From assembly GCA_937871295.1 (NCBI GenBank), contig CALMRE010000159.1:1-63519 (forward strand): 63,519 bases of DNA. Direction: 5' to 3'. The translations under genes and the position numbers were made by a program. This DNA is from an uncultured bacterium (GTDB lineage Bacteria; UBP6; UBA1177; JAKLFG01). Of the stretch, positions 27,185 to 36,282 are shown in pieces (position 1 is the stretch's first letter; each line of letters opens with the position of its first letter). Under the pieces are notes generated by a model. It saw nothing but the letters and a program-made list of their open reading frames with translations, was not told the origin of the DNA and did no database searches.

Positions 27185-27219
27185 CGCTCACTGTTCACTG
27201 CTCACCGCTCACAATTCAC
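27185..27219. repeat. Five phased heptamer direct repeats NNNTCAC
   Basis: cgcTCAC tgtTCAC tgcTCAC cgcTCAC aatTCAC, exactly 7-nt phased. Ends 4 nt upstream of the -35 box of the 27284 gene. Confidence 0.8.
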
Positions 27220-27222
27220 GAT

Positions 27223-27251
27223 TTGCATTTTCTCTCAAAGCCGCATATCAT
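27223..27251 (+). promoter_or_regulatory. sigma70-like promoter of the aminotransferase gene
   Basis: TTGCAT (27223-28), 17 nt, TATCAT (27246-51). Confidence 0.4.
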
Positions 27252-27283
27252 CGCGCCGGTTCTATCTTTTTGGCGAGGTTCCC

Positions 27284-28957
27284 ATGACCGCACCGCTTTC
27301 CATCGACGCGCTCCGCAACGACATCGTCGGCCGCGACGCCGCCTTCGCGACACCCTACGGCCTGCGGCACCTCTTCTACGCCGACTACACCGCTTCGGGG
27401 CGGGCGCTGGGCATGGTCGAAAAGAAGATCGTCGCGATACTGCGCTCCTACGCCAACACCCACACCGAGGACGACCACACCGGCAGTTACATGACGCGGC
27501 TCCTTCACGACGCCGAATCGCGCATCAAACGGATGGTCAATGCCGGTCCCGACGGCAAGATCGTGCCGGTCGGCGCGGGTACCACCGGGGCACTCCAGCG
27601 GCTACAGGAGATGATGGGGATCTACATCCCGCCGGTCACCCGCGAACGAATCTACGAGACGGTCGAACGGCTCAACTGCGACAGTTGCACGATACTGAAG
27701 AAGATAGAGGAATCGACGCCGGTCGTCTTCGTCGGCCCCTACGAACATCACACCAATGAACTGATGTGGCGCGAGGCCTTCGCCAAGACGGTGGTCATCG
27801 GCCTTGACCCGCACGGCATGATAGATCTCGCCGATCTCGAACGGAAACTGGCCGACCCCGTCTGGAAAGGGCGCATCAAGATCGCCTCCTTCTCGGCCGG
27901 TTCGAACATCACCGGCGTCCGGACGAAGGTTTACGAGATAGCGCGGCTCTGCCACCGCTACGACGCCTACATCTTCTTCGATTTCGCGGCGGTCGCCCCC
28001 TATGTCGAGATCGACATGAACCGCGACGCCGACTCCTACTTCGACGCCATCGTCTTCTCACCGCACAAGTTCCTCGGCGGCCCCGGCTCCTGCGGCATCC
28101 TCGTTTTCAACAAACGGATCTACCGCGAAGACCTACCGCCCACGGCGGCGGGCGGCGGCACGGTCGACTATGTCGGCTACGAATACCACGACTTCACCAA
28201 AGATATCGAAACGCGCGAAACGGCGGGCACTCCGCCGATACTCCAGACGCTCCGGGCGTCTCTCGCCATGGAGGTGAAAGATCAGGTCGGCGTCGAGACC
28301 ATCGAACGGATCGAACGGGAACACCTGCGCTATTTCATGGAAGGGCTCGCCGCCATTCCGGGCGCCGAACTGCTGGGCGACATCCCGGCCGACGAACGGA
28401 TCGCGATCATCTCGTTCAACCTGCGCCACCGCGACCGCATCCTCCATCCGCGCTTCGTGACGCGGCTGATGAACGATCTCTTCGGCATCCAGTCGCGCGC
28501 CGGGTGCAGTTGCGCCGGTCCCTACGGCCACCAGCTCCTCAACATCGACAACGAGACCTCGCTCAAGTACCGCGACCTCATCAAACAGGGGGTCTGCGGC
28601 CTGAAACCGGGCTGGGTGCGGGTCAACCTCCACTACACTTTTACCCACGAAGACATCAATTTCCTCCTCGCGGCGATACGGTTCACCGCGACGCACGGGC
28701 ATGAATTCCTGCGCGACTACCGCTTCGACATCAATACGGCAGAATGGCGTCATCGTAAAGAGCGGAAAAAGAAGGTCGCCTGTTCGCTCGATGCGCCGAT
28801 ATCGCGCAAGAAGATCGATCTGAAGAAGTTGGGTGAATTGCGGGCGGGCTATCTCGCCGCGGCGCAGGCTGATGCCGACCGGCTGACTGCCCTACCGGCG
28901 ACCGCCTACCACACCGACGACGCCGAGCTCGAATCGCTCAAATATTTCTATTACTGA
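27284..28957 (+). CDS. Class V aminotransferase / cysteine-desulfurase-fold PLP enzyme
   Basis: SFSAGSNITGV, FDFAAVAPY and FSPHKFLGGPGSCGILVF (PLP Lys). ATG 27284. The ORF-track start 27161 would translate the heptamer repeats. Confidence 0.75.
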   Translation: MTAPLSIDALRNDIVGRDAAFATPYGLRHLFYADYTASGRALGMVEKKIVAILRSYANTHTEDDHTGSYMTRLLHDAESRIKRMVNAGPDGKIVPVGAGTTGALQRLQEMMGIYIPPVTRERIYETVERLNCDSCTILKKIEESTPVVFVGPYEHHTNELMWREAFAKTVVIGLDPHGMIDLADLERKLADPVWKGRIKIASFSAGSNITGVRTKVYEIARLCHRYDAYIFFDFAAVAPYVEIDMNRDADSYFDAIVFSPHKFLGGPGSCGILVFNKRIYREDLPPTAAGGGTVDYVGYEYHDFTKDIETRETAGTPPILQTLRASLAMEVKDQVGVETIERIEREHLRYFMEGLAAIPGAELLGDIPADERIAIISFNLRHRDRILHPRFVTRLMNDLFGIQSRAGCSCAGPYGHQLLNIDNETSLKYRDLIKQGVCGLKPGWVRVNLHYTFTHEDINFLLAAIRFTATHGHEFLRDYRFDINTAEWRHRKERKKKVACSLDAPISRKKIDLKKLGELRAGYLAAAQADADRLTALPATAYHTDDAELESLKYFYY

Positions 28958-28960
28958 AGA

Positions 28961-29383
28961 CTACTTCACCAGTCCCGCGATGAATCCCCACGGTACGAAA
29001 TAACCTAATCCCCACGACACGAGGTTCGCGCCGTAGGAAAGGACGAGCGGTTGCCACCACCGCTTCGGCCGGAGGAAGAACCAGTACCACGCCGCCTCGA
29101 TGAGCGGGATGAAGATGAGTTCACGCGACCAGACCGGATCGAACACCTGCAGGATGAACGGCACATCGGGACGCGCCATGATGGTGAGCACCGGTAGAAT
29201 GAGGATGAAAAGCGGATGGGTCAGACACTGCGCGACCACACCCGCCGCGACGGTGCGTTTGGCGGTCGCCTTGAAGAGGCCGAACCACCGGAACGCGAAC
29301 AGCACCGGTATCTCTATCGCGAACGACAGAATGAACGCCGTCCCATAGGTGACGGTCAGCGCCGGCCAGTTTATATGCGGCAT
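28961..29383 (-). CDS. 140-aa polytopic membrane protein (4 predicted TM helices), unknown family
   Basis: Four hydrophobic segments carrying membrane-embedded E24, H56, E96 and N120. SD GAGG lies 4 nt before ATG 29383. Starts 16 nt downstream of the tiny tail-peptide gene. Confidence 0.65.
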   Translation of the reverse strand: MPHINWPALTVTYGTAFILSFAIEIPVLFAFRWFGLFKATAKRTVAAGVVAQCLTHPLFILILPVLTIMARPDVPFILQVFDPVWSRELIFIPLIEAAWYWFFLRPKRWWQPLVLSYGANLVSWGLGYFVPWGFIAGLVK

Positions 29384-29399
29384 GAAACCTCGGTAAAAA

Positions 29400-29423
29400 C
29401 TACAGGAGGGTCAATGCACAACC
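29400..29423 (-). other. Short Cys-containing C-terminal tail (G-C-A-L-T-L-L-stop)
   Basis: Codons read directly: GGT TGT GCA TTG ACC CTC CTG TAG. Same type of ending as at 36163-36192 and 38578-38604. Confidence 0.6.
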
Positions 29424-29588
29424 GACCTCATCACCACTTGTCTCTTCGACATCGGTATCGCTGTTTTCGTCCATACTGACATAGTCGACATCATACTCCT
29501 CTTGATCCTCGTCAGGAGGCGGCGTTTCTCCGTTGATATTCAGAGTCAAGCCGAGAACCATGAACAGGATCAACAACCGCTTTTTCAC
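29400..29588 (-). CDS. 62-aa secreted acidic peptide ending in VGCALTLL (tail-only protein)
   Basis: GTG 29588. Signal peptide MKKRLLILFMVLGLTLNING. Acidic segment ETPPPDEDQEEYDVDYVSMDENSDTDVEETSGDE. C-terminus GCALTLL. Has its own promoter. Confidence 0.6.
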   Translation of the reverse strand: MKKRLLILFMVLGLTLNINGETPPPDEDQEEYDVDYVSMDENSDTDVEETSGDEVGCALTLL

Positions 29589-29620
29589 GACACACCCCCG
29601 TTCCTCAAAAATAACGACAG

Positions 29621-29649
29621 AGTATAACCGGAGCGCAGAAAAGAGTCAA
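29621..29649 (-). promoter_or_regulatory. sigma70-like promoter of the tail-peptide/membrane-protein operon
   Basis: On the minus strand: TTGACT (29649-29644), 17 nt, TATACT (29626-29621). Preceded by TAAAATTTCCATT, the same cassette as at 1692 and 4827. Confidence 0.5.
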
Positions 29650-29658
29650 ATGGAAATT

Positions 29659-31134
<1,476 letters not shown>

Positions 31135-31261
31135 AGAATGCTCCAAAATCGTTTTTCAAATCACCGATCGGTATGGACAGATACTGCAGACGGAATGCAG
31201 AAGCGTCGAACGATCACGCCGCGTTTATAGCACAAGTATGAACAAATAGCAAGGGTTATTT

Positions 31262-32356
31262 TCACTCCCCCAGCCAGAGGTTGAGTCCGCTCACGATGAG
31301 CGTCGAGACCTCGTTGCCCGCGTCGTGCCGCACATAGTCGTAGGTGATGACGGTGCCTACCATGTCTCCGAGTTCCACTCCGTTAAAGGAATACCAGCGG
31401 AGGTAACTTCCCTCGTAGCCGAACCCGACCCCCATCGGAAGGGTCGGCGGGAGCGACAGCGTGTACTGCAGTTCAGCATAGTCCGATTCGGGGATGTCGC
31501 TTTCGTAGAAACGGACGGTGAGCGTCACCGAATTGTTCCCGTTGAACTGCTCGGTAAAGGTGTCGGTCGTCCAGAACTCGCGGATGTCGGTGGGCGACAC
31601 GACGATCCGCAGATAGCCCTCGGGCGTCTCGGCGTTGTCGGCGTAGAAGTAGCGGACCATTGAGTCCTTTGACCCGTTGCATTCGCCTTCATGCTTGATC
31701 GCGACATCGTTCATCCATGCGGTACATTCGTCGCCGTAGACCCTGAGGTCACAGCCGCACACCGGCGCCGGTTCCTCCGGCTGGGGGCAGTCGGGCGGTT
31801 GCGGACGGCAGACGCCGAACCCCATATCACAGACGCCGACTTTCTTCTCGCAGAATTCGTTCTCGCCGCACTCGTCGTTGCGGAAGCAGAGGACATCGCC
31901 GTCGCATTCGCCCGCATGGTCGATCACCGCGCCGCTGGCGGCGGCCCAGCACTGGTTGCTGTAGGTATAGTCATCACAGCCACACTGCGGGGCGACGGCG
32001 CGGGTCATGAAGCAGTCGGTCGGTCGGTTATCACACTTCCCCATGACCGCCTCGCTACAGGAGCCGAGCGGCTTGGCGCAGAACTCGTCTTCGGCGCACT
32101 GATCGTTGGATGTGCAATCGACCAGCGCGTCACTATCGGGTTCCTCATCGGTCATCGGATCGTCGGTGACTATCTCGTCGGTGGCGACATCGTCGGACTG
32201 ATCTGTCTGATCTGACTGATCCGTCGGATCCGACTGATCGTCGTCACCCGCCACCGTCTGATCGGTCAGGGTGTCGGTGTCGCTCTTGTTCGCCGTCGTG
32301 TTGTCGCACGCGACAAACAGCAGAAGCGCAAAAAACCCAATAAAAACAAGTCTCAT
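31262..32356 (-). CDS. Lipoprotein with acidic tether, two Kazal-like Cys domains and a C-terminal beta-rich domain
   Basis: Lipobox LLLFVAC. D/T/Q-rich tether. QCGCDDYTYSNQCWAAASGAVIDHAGEC and VCGCDLRVYGDECTAWMNDVAIKHEGEC resemble the Kazal core (CG.D..TY.N.C......G.C). Confidence 0.6.
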   Translation of the reverse strand: MRLVFIGFFALLLFVACDNTTANKSDTDTLTDQTVAGDDDQSDPTDQSDQTDQSDDVATDEIVTDDPMTDEEPDSDALVDCTSNDQCAEDEFCAKPLGSCSEAVMGKCDNRPTDCFMTRAVAPQCGCDDYTYSNQCWAAASGAVIDHAGECDGDVLCFRNDECGENEFCEKKVGVCDMGFGVCRPQPPDCPQPEEPAPVCGCDLRVYGDECTAWMNDVAIKHEGECNGSKDSMVRYFYADNAETPEGYLRIVVSPTDIREFWTTDTFTEQFNGNNSVTLTVRFYESDIPESDYAELQYTLSLPPTLPMGVGFGYEGSYLRWYSFNGVELGDMVGTVITYDYVRHDAGNEVSTLIVSGLNLWLGE

Positions 32357-32458
32357 GGTATTTCCTCCCGCAAAGATAACGCCCTTTAGTGTCCCCCACC
32401 CCGGCGGTTTATTATACCATTATATATATAAATGCAACCGCCGTCTCTACTCCCGGTG

Positions 32459-32487
32459 TTGCTTTTCGCCCCGTCAAGGTCTATTAT
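32459..32487 (+). promoter_or_regulatory. sigma70-like promoter of the DUF4349 gene cluster
   Basis: TTGCTT (32459-64), 17 nt, TATTAT (32482-87). Sits in an AT-rich divergent intergenic region. Confidence 0.45.
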
Positions 32488-32514
32488 GCGGTGTTCTCAG
32501 TAAGGGAGGAAACC

Positions 32515-33912
32515 ATGTTCCGACCACTTTTCCCGGTATTGCTTTTGATCGCGCTTCTGACCGGTTGCGCCCACTACAGCGAAGCAGCGCCCGCCATGGG
32601 CTACTACGACACGGCGCGCAACGGCGTTACCCGGCAGACGGCCGACACGCGCGGTTACGACGGGTACGAGAAGAAAAAGATGGCGGTCACCGGCACGACC
32701 ACCGCGGCCCCGATGCCCGCCGCTCAACCGATGATGCGCGCTCCGGCGAAGGAAGAGTCCTACGAGTACGACGACGACGAGGCCGAGTACGAGAGCGGAT
32801 CGGGCGTCGGCGACGCATCGGCCGACTACGACGAGGGCGGCAGTTACGGCGTCGATTCGTACGGCGTCGGCGGCATCAGTGTGTCGGGTCAGGGCGGCGC
32901 GAATTACGGCGCGGCGGCCAAGCCTGCCGACAATGCACAGGATACGCCCGTCAGCGACGGCCGGATGGTCATCTACCGCTCCGAGATATGGGCGTCGGTC
33001 GACGCGGTGGGCGACGCGGTGAAGAATATCGAGAAACTCGCCGCGGACATCGGCGGCCGCATCGACAGCGTCTCGACGCAGAGCGGCGCGGCATCGGCGA
33101 CCATCGTCCTGCGCGTTCCGGCGGCGAAGTTCGACGAGGCGGTCGCGCTCATCGAGAAGATCGGCGAGATCACCGGCAAGAACATATCGGCCGACGATGT
33201 GACCGAAGAGTTCCGCGACACCGCCCTGCGGCTGAATACCCAGAAGATGATACTCGCGCGGTTCGAGGAACTGCTGAAAAAGGCGACCGACCCCAAAGAG
33301 CGGGTCGGCATCCTGCGCGAGATGGAACGGATATCGTCCGACATCGCGGCGCTCGAGCAGCGGCTCAGCTACCTCAAGGATCAGGCCGATTTCTCGACCA
33401 TCACCCTCTACCTCACCGCCGCGGTGCGCGACGCGGTGAAACGCTACCAGCCCTCGCCCTTCCGCTGGCTGCGCGCCGTCGGCCCCGATTCGTGGCCGGT
33501 GGGACACTACAGCGACGACCTCGCCTACGCCAAAGGACCCGACGGTTTCTTCGCGGCGCGCGAGGATTTCGAGGAGCACCGCGACGCGTGGCTCTTCCAG
33601 TCGCCGCAGGGAACGGTCCGCGTGCGGCTGACCGAGACCGAGAATTACCCGAAAGCCGACGCCCCGTTCTGGACCGAGGCGCTGACGCTGGAGATGGGCA
33701 ACCGGCTCTACAAACAACTGGCCGACGAGAAGACGGGACCCTTCGCGACCCGCACCTACGAGGTGCCGGGCGAGCGGCGCTACCTCGTCGGGTTCGCGGC
33801 GGTGGAGGATGACCTCTTCATCGTCGAGGCGGTGTTCGATTCGGCGGACGACCATGCGGCGGCGGCCGAGATCGTCAAAAAGTTCATCGGTTCGGTGGAG
33901 GTGCGGCCATGA
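32515..33912 (+). CDS. DUF4349-like lipoprotein with C-terminal extension
   Basis: SD AGGGAGGA, ATG 32515. Lipobox LLTGC. MVIYRSEIWASVDAV..ATIVLRVPAAKFDEAV..DVTEEFRDT..RL......RFEELL......L.....L.YLKDQADFSTITLYL matches my recollection of DUF4349. Confidence 0.65.
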   Translation: MFRPLFPVLLLIALLTGCAHYSEAAPAMGYYDTARNGVTRQTADTRGYDGYEKKKMAVTGTTTAAPMPAAQPMMRAPAKEESYEYDDDEAEYESGSGVGDASADYDEGGSYGVDSYGVGGISVSGQGGANYGAAAKPADNAQDTPVSDGRMVIYRSEIWASVDAVGDAVKNIEKLAADIGGRIDSVSTQSGAASATIVLRVPAAKFDEAVALIEKIGEITGKNISADDVTEEFRDTALRLNTQKMILARFEELLKKATDPKERVGILREMERISSDIAALEQRLSYLKDQADFSTITLYLTAAVRDAVKRYQPSPFRWLRAVGPDSWPVGHYSDDLAYAKGPDGFFAAREDFEEHRDAWLFQSPQGTVRVRLTETENYPKADAPFWTEALTLEMGNRLYKQLADEKTGPFATRTYEVPGERRYLVGFAAVEDDLFIVEAVFDSADDHAAAAEIVKKFIGSVEVRP

Positions 33913-34511
33913 AAAAGATACTCTGGATAGCGCTCCTGTTCGCGGCGCCGCTTCTCTTCGGCGGCGACCGTGCCGAGATGCAGGAGCTGACCTTCTACCT
34001 CTCAACGCTCCGTCCCGACGCGGCGGTCCCGGCGCTCAAAGGGCTGGCCGAGAGGTCGGGCGGCTTTGTGGTGGCGCTGAACAACACGACCGTCACCCTG
34101 CGGATCCCGGCGGCGAAGCTGGCCGAGGCGCGCGGCGAGATACTGAAACTCGGCATGGTGACCGACCTTGAGGAATACAGGGAGGATCTCACCGCCGCCA
34201 TCATAGAGCTCAAGGCGCGCATCGCCGTCAAGGAGGAGTACCTGAAAAAGATAGAGGCGATCCTCGCGACCACCGGCGTGCAGGACACCCTCGAGATGGA
34301 ACGGGCGCTGAGTCAGGCGGTAATGGACCTCGAGGCGTTGAAGGGCGAGCTGCGAATGGACGAACACGACGCCGCGAACGCGATAGTCACGGTCTATGTC
34401 AACCCGCAGAATAACGGCATCCGCCCGAAGAATCAGCGCTGGAGCCGCTGGGGCTTCGTCAATACACTCGGCATCCAACCGCTCGTGACGGCGGGGGAGG
34501 CGGCGCGATGA
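33909..34511 (+). CDS. DUF4349-like secreted protein (short paralog)
   Basis: ATGA start/stop overlap with the upstream gene. Signal peptide. TVTLRIPAAKLAEARGEILKLGMVT...EDLTAAIIELKARI..KEEYLKKIE parallels the upstream protein. Confidence 0.55.
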   Translation: MKKILWIALLFAAPLLFGGDRAEMQELTFYLSTLRPDAAVPALKGLAERSGGFVVALNNTTVTLRIPAAKLAEARGEILKLGMVTDLEEYREDLTAAIIELKARIAVKEEYLKKIEAILATTGVQDTLEMERALSQAVMDLEALKGELRMDEHDAANAIVTVYVNPQNNGIRPKNQRWSRWGFVNTLGIQPLVTAGEAAR

Positions 34512-34966
34512 GATACCTATTTATCCTTGCACTGCCCTTACTGCTTGCGGCGTGCGCGACGGCGCGGATGGATGTTCCCGCCGGGTTCGCCCACTTCGAT
34601 AAGGAGCAGTCGCAGTTCCTCATGGCGGCGGCCGACGGCTTCATGGTCCGGGCGCGGATCGCGGGTGGCGGTGACGCGCTCGCCGGCAACCTCGACATCG
34701 CGCTGTGGCAGAAGGAGACCGACGGCTTCCTGACGGCACGCGGCTACATCCCGGCGACGAAACGGGAGGTGAAGACCGGCGGCGGGATGACCGGGACGCT
34801 GACCGAGTACACTATTCTGTATAATGGAGAAGAGCACCGCTACGCCGTCGCCCTGTTCAGCGACGGGAAACAACTTTTCACCGTCGAGGCGGGCGGCAGC
34901 GCCGCATCGTTCGAGAAGCACCGTACGCAGGTCGAACAGGCGATCGCGACGCTCCGCGCCGAATAA
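34508..34966 (+). CDS. Hypothetical lipoprotein
   Basis: ATGA overlap with the upstream gene. Lipobox LLLAAC. 152 aa. No family recognised. Confidence 0.55.
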   Translation: MRYLFILALPLLLAACATARMDVPAGFAHFDKEQSQFLMAAADGFMVRARIAGGGDALAGNLDIALWQKETDGFLTARGYIPATKREVKTGGGMTGTLTEYTILYNGEEHRYAVALFSDGKQLFTVEAGGSAASFEKHRTQVEQAIATLRAE

Positions 34967-34977
34967 CGGAGGGACCT

Positions 34978-36192
34978 ATGAAAAAACTCATCGTATCGGC
35001 GATACTGCTCTTCGCGCTGGCTCTTCCGGCGCAGGTGATCAACGAGGCGTGGCGGCCCGACGAAGGGCCGGTATGCTACGCCGTTCCGATACTCGACTAT
35101 TCGACGATGACGGCCAAGGAGATGGCCATCCACTACTTCACCAACCTCGCCCGGATGGGCTACGACTGCGGCACCCCGGCGCTCGAATGCGGCTCCAGCG
35201 GCACCCTGCCGCTGTTCGCGCTCGACTTCAAGCTCTCCACCGCCGCCCGCTGGTTCAGCAAACACCTCAACGACACCCCCTGCTTCCAGCACGACACCTG
35301 CTGCACCCTCACCCTCGCGGGCGACGAGGTCCAGTGCGTCAGCGGCACCGCCTGCACCAATCAGCCGTGCGACAAGACCTACTGCGCCGGCACCTCGTGG
35401 GTCGAACGGATAGCGCTCTTCGGCGCCAGTCCGACCGGCGAGAACCTCGCCGCCGGGAACGAACTGGCCGTATCGACCCTCTGCCAGTGGATGAACTCGC
35501 CGGGGCACCGCGACAATATCTGCCTCCCCACCCACACCTCGCTCGGCACCGGCTACCACGGCGGGCAGAACTGTTTCTATCATTACTGGACGCAGGATTT
35601 CGGCGGCGGCACACAGAGCGGGCGACTCTATCCCGGCGCCCTGTTCATCGACGGCACCCTCACCGCCGGGGTCGTCGTGAAGACACCTTCGGCCGCCACC
35701 GATGCCTCGGTGTTCGTCGACGGAGCCGAAACAACGCTTTCCAACACCTTCGGCACCGCCATCCGCGGCGCATGGAGCGCGGCGGTAGCGGCGGCCGACT
35801 GCGCCGCCTACCACTTCACCGTCTCGTTCGCCGACAGCAAGACAGAACGGTTCCCGCCGACCGGCTACCTCTTCAACAGCGAGAATCCCGCGGAATGCGA
35901 AGCGCCCGACGGCGACCCCGACAGCGACACCGCGAAACCTGACGATACCACGCCCGACGACGCGCAACCCGACGATCAGCCCGATCAGACCGCCGAGTCC
36001 GACCTGCCCGACGGAACGGTACCCGACGAAGAGTCCGACGACCACTCCACCATCCCCTACGACTTCAATCCGGCAAAGGATGACGCCGGGGCGGCTGGCG
36101 ACACCGACACGGCGCCGTCCGATTGGGATTTCGCGTGGCCCGACACCGATAAACCGTCCGACGGCGGCTGTTCCTGCGCCCTCATTCCGTAA
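34978..36192 (+). CDS. Secreted CAP/SCP/PR-1-like domain protein with acidic tether and short CxC tail
   Basis: Signal peptide. GENLAAGN....L..WMNSPGHRDNI ... YWTQDFG CAP motifs. About 90-aa D/P/T-rich tether. Ends SDGGCSCALIP. Confidence 0.75.
   Translation: MKKLIVSAILLFALALPAQVINEAWRPDEGPVCYAVPILDYSTMTAKEMAIHYFTNLARMGYDCGTPALECGSSGTLPLFALDFKLSTAARWFSKHLNDTPCFQHDTCCTLTLAGDEVQCVSGTACTNQPCDKTYCAGTSWVERIALFGASPTGENLAAGNELAVSTLCQWMNSPGHRDNICLPTHTSLGTGYHGGQNCFYHYWTQDFGGGTQSGRLYPGALFIDGTLTAGVVVKTPSAATDASVFVDGAETTLSNTFGTAIRGAWSAAVAAADCAAYHFTVSFADSKTERFPPTGYLFNSENPAECEAPDGDPDSDTAKPDDTTPDDAQPDDQPDQTAESDLPDGTVPDEESDDHSTIPYDFNPAKDDAGAAGDTDTAPSDWDFAWPDTDKPSDGGCSCALIP
36163..36192 (+). other. Short CxC C-terminal tail (GGCSCALIP-stop)
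   Basis: ggc ggc tgt tcc tgc gcc ctc att ccg taa. No TM helix or basic cluster follows the Cys motif. Confidence 0.6.
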
Positions 36193-36282
36193 ACGGCCCG
36201 TTCTCTACTGACACTCCGGTCTATTTTCCTTGCCTTTCCCGCCGCAATTGTTATGCTTTCGTGAATTTGGAGTGAGGGAACG

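Noticed and set aside
29400-29423. Reading the short tails as eukaryote-like CaaX prenylation boxes.
   Set aside because: The Cys lies 5-6 residues from the C-terminus (CALIP, CTLLF, CALTLL) rather than exactly 4. All three proteins have signal peptides and are therefore extracytoplasmic.
32501-32517. Identical AGGGAGGAAACCATG translation-initiation context at 32503-32517 and 38656-38670.
   Set aside because: This is most simply explained as an optimal Shine-Dalgarno sequence plus spacer. The match is too short and too functionally constrained to call a repeat element.
32271-36045. ORFs 32271-33812 (+), 32497-34005 (-), 34824-35942 (+) and 34840-36045 (-).
   Set aside because: They are alternative-frame or antisense shadows of the DUF4349, CAP and lipoprotein genes. 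They are Arg-rich with no motifs.
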